Assembly: GCA_048013815.1 (NCBI GenBank)
Contig: CM106586.1
Location: 15,438,001-15,502,000, forward strand
DNA: 64,000 bases
Direction of reading: 5' to 3'
DNA from: Setoptus koraiensis
Taxonomy: Eukaryota; Animalia; Arthropoda
Position 1 is the first letter of the stretch; every line of letters starts with the position of its first letter. Of the stretch, positions 23,642-36,126 are shown piece after piece. Both the position numbers and the translations under genes were made by a program. The notes under the pieces are model-generated. The model saw only the letters and a list, made by a program, of their open reading frames with translations, was not told where the DNA came from and did no database searches.

Positions 23642-26549
23642 AGAAGCAAGAATTGTGCCTTACGAATGATGCACGTTTCTTCAAGATAGCCGAAGGTTCC
23701 TTATGAAACGCGTTGCTGGAGTTAGCATCATGCAGGATCATTTCCTCGTCTACGTGATTCGTGTTAGTTTAAAAATTGTGCAATATGTGACAACAACTAT
23801 TACCATTGTAACTAATAAAAGTAAGAGGAATAAAATAAACATTCACATCTTGTTTAGTGGAGTATGAAATGCTCTACACACATTGAATTTGGTGAAATTA
23901 TTCAACTATTATTCAAAGTCGCAATTGCCACTGTCGCAAATATACAATTTTTTATCATCGATACAATGGTGCAATAATGCAATAATGCTAAAATAGTAAT
24001 AATAATAGTAAAAAATCAATTACGTTGAACCGGAAATGGAAATCGCTCGTGCCTTTTAGCATGATGGAACAAATCTAATTGTTGAGCGCGCCAGCGCAAT
24101 TTCCTCTCTGGCAGAGCTGATTATCGGCCAGAGAAGTGAAGACTGCCACACTCTGCTGCTCACAAGTGCTGTAAAGCAGCAAACAAAACATTAGATATAT
24201 ATATATATATATATATATATGTACCATTAATTTTAGCAACAAACACTCACACAATCTAATAAAAGAGGGAATTATCTTTCGATGGCAATTGTGTGTAGTA
24301 TATATAGATGTTGTGACGTTAACCTGATTAATATAAATACACGTCAGTGCTTAGATTAATCATAATCCTATTAGTGTCACAGTGTGTGCGTGTGTGTGTG
24401 ATGTATTTCTAATTTGGCGAGATTATACTAACAGGGCAACAACGCTCAATCGACACTGACGCCCGGTATAATGGTGCTCGTTCGGATTAGCTACTAGGTA
24501 GATGCAGTGAACTACATAATACATATATTTGAATAATGCTCACATCATTCATCTAGTTCACTAGCTGCTGGCTGTTATTGCTGGGGCTATTTATTCATGC
24601 TGACAGCTATAACGCATTCGATCTGGCGACATCTAGCAAACACAATAATCGGTCGCAAAGATAATTATTAATTCCAATTGATAGGTGTCAATAGTTTACA
24701 TCATAGGCAAACTGTCGCTGGCGCTTGTGAGTGGCTGTCGCACATTTAGTTCATAGTTGCCAATGTTATTGCATGCAGATCATTATTGCTGTATGTTATT
24801 GCATGGACCCATTTTGGTCATTGCAGCGTGCAATATGTGTATTAATCATTGGTGTCGCTAATTGGTCTATGAATGCTATTTCATGAGCAAAAGTAAATCT
24901 CTGCCATCATTATAGGCACTTTATTCTTCAACACTTCAACTATATTATTATGTAATGAATTGTTCATAAAGTGGCCAAATAAAGTTCAGCAAAGAGCTGC
25001 CGGGCTGCATCGAACTGCAATGTTCGAATTTCAACTTTCGTTCTTTTGAATCTTCTGATCCGTCTGATCGCATCTATTATATAGTAATAATAGATGCACT
25101 TATACTTCTGTTGGCTCCCTGTGCAAACAATTTGGTATCCCATTTGGCAAAAGTGTCAATTCTAATAGCATTCATTCGCTATTCATTCCTGCCTACAATC
25201 TCTTTGGCACGCATTTCCATCAACACACGCATACACACACAAGCCGTTATAATGTTATAATGTAGCCCGGCAACCAAGCTCGCCTATTGCCAAATATATT
25301 TTATAATGGGCTCGCCAATATCTACGAAAATAACCATCGACATTAATCGACCAGGAAATACATTCTTTTTGTTGCCCGTTAAAAGATTAAGCTTTTGGTC
25401 TTCGTTACTATTGTTACAATATAGCATGGTTTAGAAAATGGAAAAATAAAATTCAGCTTATTCTGTTATTGTCGCTGGCCCCAATAGCAATCGTGCAACT
25501 GGGTGCGTGTTGATAGCGATCTGGTGAACGAGTGAGCGATCGAAACCAGTCATAGATTACTTTACTTGAGCAGCTAGCCAAACCTAAAGATCATGATTTA
25601 CATATACATACATGTTTACATGTAAGAATATATATATATATTTATATATAAATACTTATATAATATGTATAAGTGTGTTCAGGCCGAAGTAGCTGTGAAC
25701 CATCGTAGCACTCAAGTCTACTATTATCACTATAGACACACACAAAATTCGCTCGATATATCAATCAATCTTTATCAATCGCAAACTGATCTACTGGTGG
25801 TGCATACCATATATTGTCATTGGTAGTAAACACTGGCATTTGTATTAAGGTGCCACTGCTTTGTGTGATTTCTCCCTAGATCGACTTTCGTTCCTCTTTT
25901 TTTTTGCTGCCTAACATTGTGTGTACTGAACAACGATGTGTCATCCGATTTACTCTTACCAAGAGCCATTAGGTTACCAGGCAATAGAGCCAACAGAGAG
26001 AATGAATGAAATTGAGATGATGATAATGATCTAGCTTTTACTCAGTACTATGTGTTCAATAAATCAAACGCACACGTACACTATTTCCGAAACATATAAC
26101 TCCTTAATGTTCCTATATAAGTCTTGTATTTATTTATTTATTTGTTAATAGCAATAACATTAAACGATTATAATAGTAGTTTTGCTTCTGACGGCAATAA
26201 TAATTATTATAATATAGCAATCATGAGAACGACATTTTCACTTCCGATTATGATCTTGGGCGACAGGAGTTAAGTGTATATATATATATATATTGATGAC
26301 AAACAGAATAAGCGAAGAAACTCGCTCCATCATAATTGGTCTAGTAACTGTGGTAATAGGTTCTTGCAATATATTTTTTTTTGCTTTCTTCTTCCAATAA
26401 CTTGACTTCTATCCAACTCAATCTTGTCCCCATTTTCACCAATCTACTCACTCTATATTGACGTGGACGAACAGTCTACCACAACACTAATCACAAAACG
26501 TTGTCTATAGTGGTTTGCTCTCTTTCACAGGAACCTCGAAGAGATTATC

Positions 26550-29500
26550 TTAATTAGATTCGATGTGCATTTGCTGATTTTTCCCCACAGATGACTCAGA
26601 CAGAGAAATAGAGGATTCTGATGTGTTGATCGCTGATGTGTTAATCTCTGTTGCGCTATCCGAAGTTGCATGATCTGTCGAGCCAGATATCGACATCAGA
26701 TACTGTTGTTTCGAGGTTTGCTGCAAATCCAATGCATTCCTTTTTGTATCATTATCATTGGTTGCGCTGATAGGACAAGGATCAGACGATGATAGCTGCT
26801 CCTCGGTCAGTTCATCTACGTCATCAATATTGTTTTGTTCGCTACTATCTGAGCATATATCTTTTTGAAGTAATGCCTCGATTGTTCTTGTTTGGCTCGG
26901 ACTTACACCGTTGACATCATCATCTTTGGTTTTCCTTCTTTTACAATTGGCTGCGCTAGTCGGTGATTTTGACTGTTGATTCCCCGGAATAATCTTAGTT
27001 GACTGATCGGGCGAATCATCTCCACATTCATTCGGCTTTTCATTAACATTCCTCTTTAGTTTGGAAGGGGACAATGACGCCTCCAATATATTATCAATCG
27101 CCTTCTCACTACCATCGGCGCTTTCTGACGACTCTGCTGGCTCATTTTTAATATAAATCTGCTGATGGTTGGGCCTGTTACCATCATGATCTTGTTTTTT
27201 ATTATTATGAGCAGACGGAGTCGTCGAGCAAACGGGCGTCGTCGTTCCTATACCAACATGGTTATCTCCTGATATAATCACAATTTATAATGAAAATGTA
27301 GAGAAGATGAGGACAGAGATTCAACTATTAGTATGAGAGTATGTGATGCAAATGGTTAACTTTTATGTTAGTCCACTTTGTTAGATTCTAATTAGTCCAC
27401 AGCAAAGCTAAACTTGACATACGAGGCACAACAACAATAAAAGTAATAGCAATAAGTGATGTTCGAGAAGTTAGATAATGATCGTCATCATCACATTAAT
27501 AAGAGCGGCACGCGCAAGCCAACGTGTAAATTGCTACTCTGTATCTACTAAAGTTTGTATAATAACAATAACAATCTCATGGTCCCCTATCAAAAGTGTA
27601 CTTTGCAACAGACATAAAAGCGATAGAAAACGAATGGATCATGTAGTCACATGTAGCTAGCTAGGGCCTTGTTGTTAGTAGCACCGCTTTGTTTATACAT
27701 ATAATAGGATAGAGTTGAAGAGGAGCACAAAATGTTTACCCTAGTAGAGATCAAAATCGTGTTGAGCGAATATTTGATATATTATGCACTATGATAATTA
27801 CTTTAACTTCCTACACAAACATTAAACGATGCAGTATACTGGTTATGATAGGCAGGGTTGACTTGTGCGAAGCGCGATTGTTGTTAGTGTTTTTGTTGTG
27901 GTAGTTTCTAACCCTCTCCCGTTTCTACCCCACTAGTGGCCAACGTTTATGACAATGGATGGCCTTTTTCCAAATGTTTGGTCACTGCTGAGGCTGCAAC
28001 CGTTGTTGTAAAATCGCCGATAGGTCAATAACTTATATTAATGTGTTTGATCAGATAGTCACGAATAAATTCATCAAATGTTCCAGCTCGGAATTTCACT
28101 GCATGCTAATCGCATTATCGTTTCAGGGAGCCAGATGATGCTGGGGTTGATAATGGAACCTTCAAATATATAGTCATGATATGAGCAATCTAAAAATTTC
28201 ATTTCACTTTCACTATCGCTGTCGTTGCAAAAATCTCTCATGACAACTCCAATAATATCTTTGGAAGGACTTAATGCAATCGCTCTGGTAAACAGATGAT
28301 GAGGCTCAGAAATAACGTAAATAGCATCGTCATATTTGTCATATCTTTCACACAGTATTTCTTCACACGATTGATGGTTAGACCGGACATCATTCTTTGT
28401 CCTGTGTGAACGGTATTGCTGGATTTTGTTTGCTTACACTTTTTCGTCATAACCTCAGTTAGTCTCAATAGAACCAACAATTAAACAGGGCGGTCTCATG
28501 CGAGATTATCAATTTTGCAGTGATAGATTACGATCACCTTCTCTCATCGGATGGACTTCAGTGATAGGTCATTAATGATGTCCATATGAATTCGTCACAA
28601 AGCATGTGCTGCTGCTCTTCCAAACACATTTCATGCTCGTAAATAAATTGATCTTATCTTGAACAAACATTGAGTGCTTGAGCAATGAGACAAGTTAAAA
28701 TTTGGAAACTTAGAAAGATAAACAATCAACCCTCATCAAATATTCCCTTGGCCGGAATTTTTCTGCAAAATCAACTCTCAAATCTATAGAAATCCAAGGC
28801 AGTATTTAAGCGAGACACAATATGCTAATCAGGATCAGTACTAAAAATTTCTTTCTCCAAGCAATTACTTCATCTACATATCACATTGGACAACCCGATC
28901 ATTCAGTATAACTACACCGCCTAAACCATGTTGAAATTGACATTAGTTTTCATCACAATGGCCATGTTATATGGCTGGGCTGAGGGTAATTCACTATTAT
29001 CAAGTAAGTAACATAACTCACCAAAAAGCAATTATATCAATGAAAATAAAATTTGTCTGAATGTATAAATCTAACTGTTTTGAAACTTTAAATCATCTTG
29101 CAGGAGTTACCAGATCTGAAAGCGCGCTGAGTTTGGAAGCTCAAAAGTTCTTCGCATCTGGTGTCAAAGTCAACACCGCTGATGTTGGTCACTTGATAGA
29201 TCTAGTGGAGAAGCACAACGCTGGTCAGTGCTTGGCCCGTATTATCTGCGAGCTCATCGCTGATAACAAAGCTCACGGAGAAGCTGGAGTTACTTTTGGG
29301 AGGGCTTTGCTGAAGTTTCGCGATACTAAGAACGCAAAATCTGAATATTATCAGAAAGCTATGAAATTTGGAGCAAAACATCAACAAAAACAATGCGAAC
29401 ATGAGTACAAAGGATGTGCACACTCATCAGAGGAGATTGTGGAGGTCGGTAATAGAGTTTTAAATCAACAATAGGATTGGTATAGCTTCGCCTCGTAGCA

Positions 29501-31250
29501 AGCTGCTCGATTTGCGAAAAAAAAATCAGGCCTTCGGCATCATATAATAAAAATAAAGTGAATAGTCGTACTCACCAATATCCTTCTGGGCTTTGATTGC
29601 TTTGATTTGGTTGCCATTAGCTGAAGGTGAAAAAATTTCGCACAATTTAACAGGCGCTTTGATCAATTCATCTTTAATATTGGGGTAGGAATGGGATTGG
29701 TGCTGCTGTTGCTCGGCGATGCAATTGTCTTGAGAGTCGTAATCACGATTCCTATGATGTATAGTGGATAATTGAGGCTGCGATGGCACTTGGTTATGCT
29801 GGTTGTTTAGGTTACGTGGCTGTATATTGTTACCATTATTAGGATGCAAAGAAAACTCGGGATTAAATTCTGAGCTTTGCTGATGGTGTATTATTACTTG
29901 TTGTTTGGAATGGTTCATAACTTGTGAAAGATGATTCGGTTGGTTATGATTTTGAGGAACGAATGATAGATTCCTTATCTGGACGTGCTGATTGATAGAT
30001 GGTGGCGCAGTGAAACCGCTATTCATCTGCTGCATTCCAGGTATATTCTGTTGTGTCTGCTGAGGTAATGAGACAGCATGATGTTGGTTCATTGAAATTT
30101 GATTTTGCGGCCTGTACATGAAGTGTTGATGATTTTGGTGCGCATAGTGCATATCGTTATGGGGCCCCATGGTGGTGTCTAGGCCGCTAGTTTCATGAAT
30201 ATGATGATTACTACCAACTAGAAGCATATCATTCAATCTGTCCAGAGGCTGATTTGAGGTGGGTGCGTTCATCTTAGTGGCAATTGTATTCGTTTGAGAT
30301 TTTGGATAATGGATTTGGTAGTAGTGTTGCGTATCAGTGGGTTGCTTAGACCTAGGAGGACACTGCTGATTGTTATAATGGAATGGTGGGACATTGTTAC
30401 ATTGTTGGTTTTGAGGACTGAAATGTTGCTGCTGATTTTGCTGTTCGTAAACACTCTCTTGAGAAGAGTTGAAATTTGTGCTTGATTGACTAAATGTTGA
30501 GCCACTAGTATGAGAAGACAAATGGCTTTCGTTCTCGCATTGGCATAGCAAGCAGATTATTTTGTGATCATCTTGAAGATGAAATTTGTCTCCAACACAA
30601 AATCTATAATTGCATTGTTGACAGGCGAAACAGTCCATATGGTAGGCGTTCTTGTTCGCACGCATAACTAACTCATAAGGTGGGATGGATTTTTTACACG
30701 CGGCACAACATCCTTCATTGCCGAATATACGAAGAAAATCATGTTTGCACAAAATTTTACCGGCATTAATAAATAATGAGGAACCTAGCTCACCTAAACG
30801 ACAACCACAGCCAGCACACTTCAAACAATCTTCGTGCCAACGTTTATCCAAGGCCTCCAATAAATATCTATCCTTTATGGATTTGTTGCACCCAGCGCAT
30901 ATATTCTCATCCTGGTGAGAGGGCTGTCTATGTTGTTGTTGCATTGTCGGGTCTCTGTTGTGTCGTTGTTGTTCGATATCATCACTTTGTATATCACTAG
31001 TATGACTATTATTATGTTGTCGGCTCTCATAATTTGTCTCTTCAGGTGTTGAATTTTTTTGTCTCTCATCATCGTCTTCAATCATCATTTCATCCAAACT
31101 TGTCTCTTTGGAGTGATGCTGGTGCAATTTGTCGAAATGAGAATCTTCCAATGTATTAGTAACATTTACACTGTTTCCTTGAAAACATTGCTGAAGCCTT
31201 TGGTGCTGGATGAGTTGAGTTTGACTGAGAGATCTAGCTTGAGTAGTCAT
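26550..31250 (-). CDS. LMO: LIM-domain-only protein (LMO1/3 or Beadex type); exons 31250-29576 and 27268-26550, ~797 aa
   Basis: Two tandem LIM domains (CAGCNKSIKDRYLLEALDKRWHEDCLKC...; CAACKKSIPPYELVMRA...FCVGDKF). Donor G|GTGAGT at 29575 and acceptor TATCAG|GA at 27269 are both phase 1. The second exon assignment is inferred. Confidence 0.85.
28928..29474 (+). CDS. Secreted DM4/DM12-like cysteine protein nested antisense in the LMO intron; exons 28928-28985 and 29104-29474
   Basis: Signal-peptide exon MLKLTLVFITMAMLYGWAE, phase-1 intron GTAAT..CTTGCAG (118 bp), and pattern CLARIICE...Y..A...G.....C...Y..C typical of arthropod DM4/DM12-like proteins. Confidence 0.75.
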
Positions 31251-32327
31251 TATACTAATAATTTAATCCTTTGATTTAAAATATTTCAATGGTATATCTG
31301 TGTAAAGATCAAGATGAATCTGGAATAACATTCTTTAATTAGTAAGATAATCTTCAGCGCAGATCCTGCTTAATTTTCTATCGTGTTTTTTAGGTGCAAA
31401 ATGAATATCAAATGTCTAAAGACAATTTGAATTCGTAGCAATTGAATTAATAAACTTAAAAACGTAGGATAACTTCTGTAACAGCCTAACGAAACAGTTG
31501 ATGATGAATAAATAACTACTGTTAGCGTACTTCAAATGTCACAGACAGGATGGCAACTTAAGTAGCTAACTATAACTATATACGGAGCGCAATGATCAAT
31601 GGGTAAAAATGTTGAGTTGTATGGCTTTCGGAGAGTGGGCTAGCTTTTTTATAAAAACAATGTGGTCTCCTTGTTGTTATGGTGGTTGTTATGTAGACCA
31701 AATAGGTATGGATACATTAGAATCTTTTGTTGAATACACATGAATAGTTATCGCGATATAACCTTATAGTGCGTATATGTATTATTTTTCTTTTTTCAAT
31801 GATGTTGCCCCTAAAAGTAGTTATGTATTAACCCCTCTCGCGTGATGTACTAGAGATAGTGTGTATGAACTATCATTTTGAATATACATTAGTCGAGTTA
31901 TCAAACTGTTCTTTTGTGAAAGTCTCTACTGTGAAGTCTAGTTATAGTGACTGTTTAGTGTTTTGTCGATCTAGATCGCAGCCTAACGTTTTTATTTTTT
32001 TTTGTTATTTCTGTAGCTATTTAGGATGTTTGTATTATATTTTCAGCAGGAATGTATGACTAGTTTCAGACGCTTGACATCATGTTCATAGTGAGATGTA
32101 ATTGAAACAGTGGTCTTGAGTTTCTGTTTACCTGTGATGTATGGCAATAGCTTACTTGTTCATTAATCGGTTATTAATAGGTTGTTATCCTAGCATTTCC
32201 TCTAGTATTTTTTCTTCTTCTTCTTCTTTATTCCTGATGTATGTATATGATTCTCTTTTAAATGACGCTTGATTGCGAATATATTTTAAGCGAATATAAA
32301 TATATATCTCGAGGGTCTGTTTGAAAT

Positions 32328-33065
32328 GTATGTAACAATCACACAAGAAAAAGCCCAACCTGTAGTTATATATCAAACAACTAGTTGTAATATTTTTTAT
32401 CTGGATGTATTATTAATGTGACTTTCAGACTTTCTGTTGTTGCAAACTTCGTTACTACGTGTAATAGTAGTAACAGTCACATCAGGTCTAGCTGTCCTGT
32501 TAGAGTAGTTGAGTTTTCTGTTGTTGTCGTTGCTGCTGTTGATTGTGATTTATGAAAAAAAAAAAAATCTACTCAATGCAGTGGTGGCGTTGTTGCGCAA
32601 TACGACGACGCTATTAGACGTTTCTACAAATTTTAAGTGATTTTTCGCGACTGTTGTGACAATTATTACAATGATGTTAGTTCTGTTAGTTGGTTCGCTC
32701 AATTTAATAGATTACAAGAGGCATGGAGAGATGTGTCTGCGAAATAGTTATATTCTGCAGTCGTCATTTATCTTGCTTGATCATTTTTATCGCACTAAAA
32801 TTATACACACGGCGTAGCATTATTTCTCATTATAATAGTAGTAGAGATAATATTGTTGTATTATTATTAATGGTATTAATATTAATAATGTAATTGATAT
32901 TAACACACTATCAATACTAACCCTGTAATGTTATCACCATTATTATCATCATTGCTGCGATGATGTTAGCAAGTTTGACTAGTCGATATATGAGCGAGCG
33001 TCTGCAATACAGTACTTGTATGTGTACAAACGAGTCATCAATATATCAACAATATGTTTATTACA
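32328..33065. repeat. Direct repeat copy A (partner 40598-41319)
   Basis: Colinear; 230-bp core 32629-32858 with 2 mismatches and ~70-bp identical block at 32993-33065; flanks more diverged. Confidence 0.95.
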
Positions 33066-33959
33066 ATATAGAATGGCTCTTCTTCTTTTGTTAGCTGTCG
33101 GACTTTCCTATTGAACGTGAGCTATATTGATATATCTATATATAACTATATATTGTATATATACAAATATATATTGTATTGTAATAACAAAAATCAAAAT
33201 ATTAATAATAGTTATAAGCGCGGTTTGATGATATCCTGCATGTATTGTGTTTACGTCTGCATTAACGATCTTTCACTAGTGACTTGTGAGTTGTTGTGCT
33301 AATAGTTAACCTCGAGCGAACTTTGTGAAGTTTATGATGATCCTGATTAGTTGTGCGTTACTGTGAACTGCAAAGTTAATATATGAGCGCTGTACGCAAT
33401 TATACAAGTATGCAAGTATGGCTGCGAAGCCGGCTATATTTATAATTAAACTACCCTACTGATATCACCCTGTTTGGTTTGTATTATATTAATTTTGTGA
33501 GCTCTGCCGGCTTAGCTGGCCGTTGCATTACGGTGAGTGACAATAAAGAGTCTATATGGGTCTATATGGATTTATATGGAGATAGCTGCACAAACAGTTA
33601 GGGTGAGTGTGTGTAGAAAGCGATAGCCAGGTACAGCTGAATGTTGTGTGTTCTTGAGGATGTGAATATTGTATAATTGGCTCTTCGCTCACTATGTACT
33701 GGGCGAGGTATCACTTGTTGGTTGGTTGTGGTTGCTCGTCTATGCTAGCTGGTCACAAGACGGCCTCGTTGTGGTTATCGTAAGCGCTCTAGGTGGAATT
33801 TCACTGGCGATCTCGAGTCGATGATCTTTATTTTGTTGGCGGTTCCTGCTCACAAAATGAAGCTCTTTTGTGTCGTGTGGTGGCCCCAGTTGCGGCCAAT
33901 GCCTTCAATAGTGTCGCAGTGTGAAACAGTCTCCGAGACGATGCTGCAGACGACGAGTC

Positions 33960-34038
33960 GTCGAATTTGTTGCGAGCAGTCGAATTGTTGCGAGCAGTCG
34001 AATTGTTGCGAGCAGTCAAATTGTTGCGAGTCGTCGAA
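33960..34038. repeat. 18-bp minisatellite (GTCGAATTGTTGCGAGCA) x~4
   Basis: Directly visible. Confidence 0.9.
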
Positions 34039-36063
34039 TTTGCGCGGACAAATGGCGACAGCAATTAGCAACTTGGATCGACAACTTTCAATAGTTATGA
34101 TTCACTTTTGTCGGTGAGTTAGCGGGACAAAAGTTCGATGTGGTCGCAGAGATATGGTTGTGCGGCGAGCATGGGCAGTCACTTATTCATACACTGTATG
34201 GTGTGTGTGTGTGCGTGCGTAATGAGGACTAGTTAGTTGTGTGTAATGGTGACATAAAGATGGCGCCCGACGCGAACAATGAGGCAATGATGATGCGACA
34301 ATTTGCTTCACTATTGTGCGACTCACTACAGTATTTCGAGTGTAAAGTTAGCTTGTTGTTTGAAGGCGCATGTATGCAATGGTACATGCAGATAGTGGTT
34401 GCCAAGCTGCCGATTGCTCGACAATGGGTCGCTTCAAGTGTGTGCGTCGTGCGTTGTTGCTAGTTGTTAGTTGAGTGACTCGGATCAAATGAAATCGAAT
34501 GAGATCGAACAGAATGCAACGATGGGCCGCGGCCACTCGCGACGAGATAACTTGTGTGTGTCGGTTGCACAGTCTCTCGCAGTGTGTGAGCGTTGACTTG
34601 ACTTGCGCTGCTGGCAGCTTGCAGCTTGCAGCTTGCGTAGCCTAGCCGCCATTTGCCGCTTCTGTGTGCAAGTGAGTGTGCGAGTGAGTGTGTGCGAGTG
34701 CGAGTGTGTGTGTGTGCGTGTGTGCAGTTCAAGTTCGCCCATTCTCGTCCATCTGCCGGCCCGGCTCGAGTGTGCGAAGTGCAACTCTTTCCCTGGGCGC
34801 TCACTCCTCATTCGATTCTTGCCAATTGTTTCCCCCTGAATTGCCCCTCCAGACATCGTGCGAGCTCACAACACATCATCTGAGGGTGCAGCAGTAAAGT
34901 TTAGCAAAATATACTTTGGTGTATGGTGCACGGCGTGCAGTGCGTGAATGTGATAAATGTAAGCGACGCGGTCACAACAATAAAAGTGTATGCGTGTCGC
35001 GCCGTTGATACAGGGCGCACGTTGCGCCAGCCACTGCTAAACGGCGCACACACTGTTCGGCGAGTACCATTCGGCGCATAGTGTCGTCGGCGTGTGTCGT
35101 TCGACGGGTTGCGACTCGCATCTCGCGAGGACTTGAAGACGCGCCAGACTACACTGGATAGATCTACACGTACAGTGTAGTAGACGGCACGCTGGTTCTT
35201 CAATCTGTCGTCTGCCTCACCGGGCTGGCGCACCGGGCTGGCGCACTGTGCTGCACAGCCAGGCACTTTGAAGCAGACGGGGCCTGTGTGCTGCTCGCGA
35301 CCAGCCTATTGCCGGCTTGTGTGTTACGTGTGCGGTCAATTGGTGACAGGTACACCGATGGGATGAAGTGCAAATTGTCGAGTCGCACAATTCATCTTGC
35401 AAAATGTTGCTGTTGCTAGGCGCTTACAGTGGCCGGATCTACAAATATTGTGCAAAGATTGAACAGATTGAAGGCGCCATGCAACTTGCACGATGCAAGT
35501 TGGCCCCAAACAGGCCGACAACAAGCAGCAGTCGGCGACCATCACGCCATTGCAGTATGCAGAACGTAGTGTACTAACAAGTGTGCCCAGTGGCACCACG
35601 GCTCGCCAACAACACACGCAATCAACCACTTTTATCCGCCGGTTTAACATTAGCTTATTCTGTGACGACTTGAGCTTGAGTCGACGCTAATTCTCAAGTT
35701 CACTACCACTGTTTATCGTCGAGAAAACTTTCATTCTATACACACACACTCTACAATGTGGAGTCACATATACAGCCCAGGCCGGCAGTGCACGCCGCTG
35801 GCTAGCCCGTGACACCGAAACGAGAGACATTCCTCATCTTAATCATTGCGATGATCCGATAAATTCTACTTAGGGGCATTGCCAATTACACAATTTCCTT
35901 TCTCCGCGTCGTTCCGCATTTGTCCGCGTTGGAGTCAGTCGGACGTCAGTGGGGCACAACAACACACTATGCACTTCACTGTCACTAATGGCACTGCCAG
36001 CAATCAGCGTCAATGTTCGCCGGCTAGCCACTTGCAACTCTACCTACCCTCACTCGGAATATA

Positions 36064-36126
36064 AACACTGCAATACGGACACTGCAACACGGACACTACA
36101 ATACGGACACTGCAACACGGACACTG
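36064..36126. repeat. 14-bp minisatellite (ACACTGCAAYACGG) x~4.5
   Basis: Directly visible. Confidence 0.9.
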
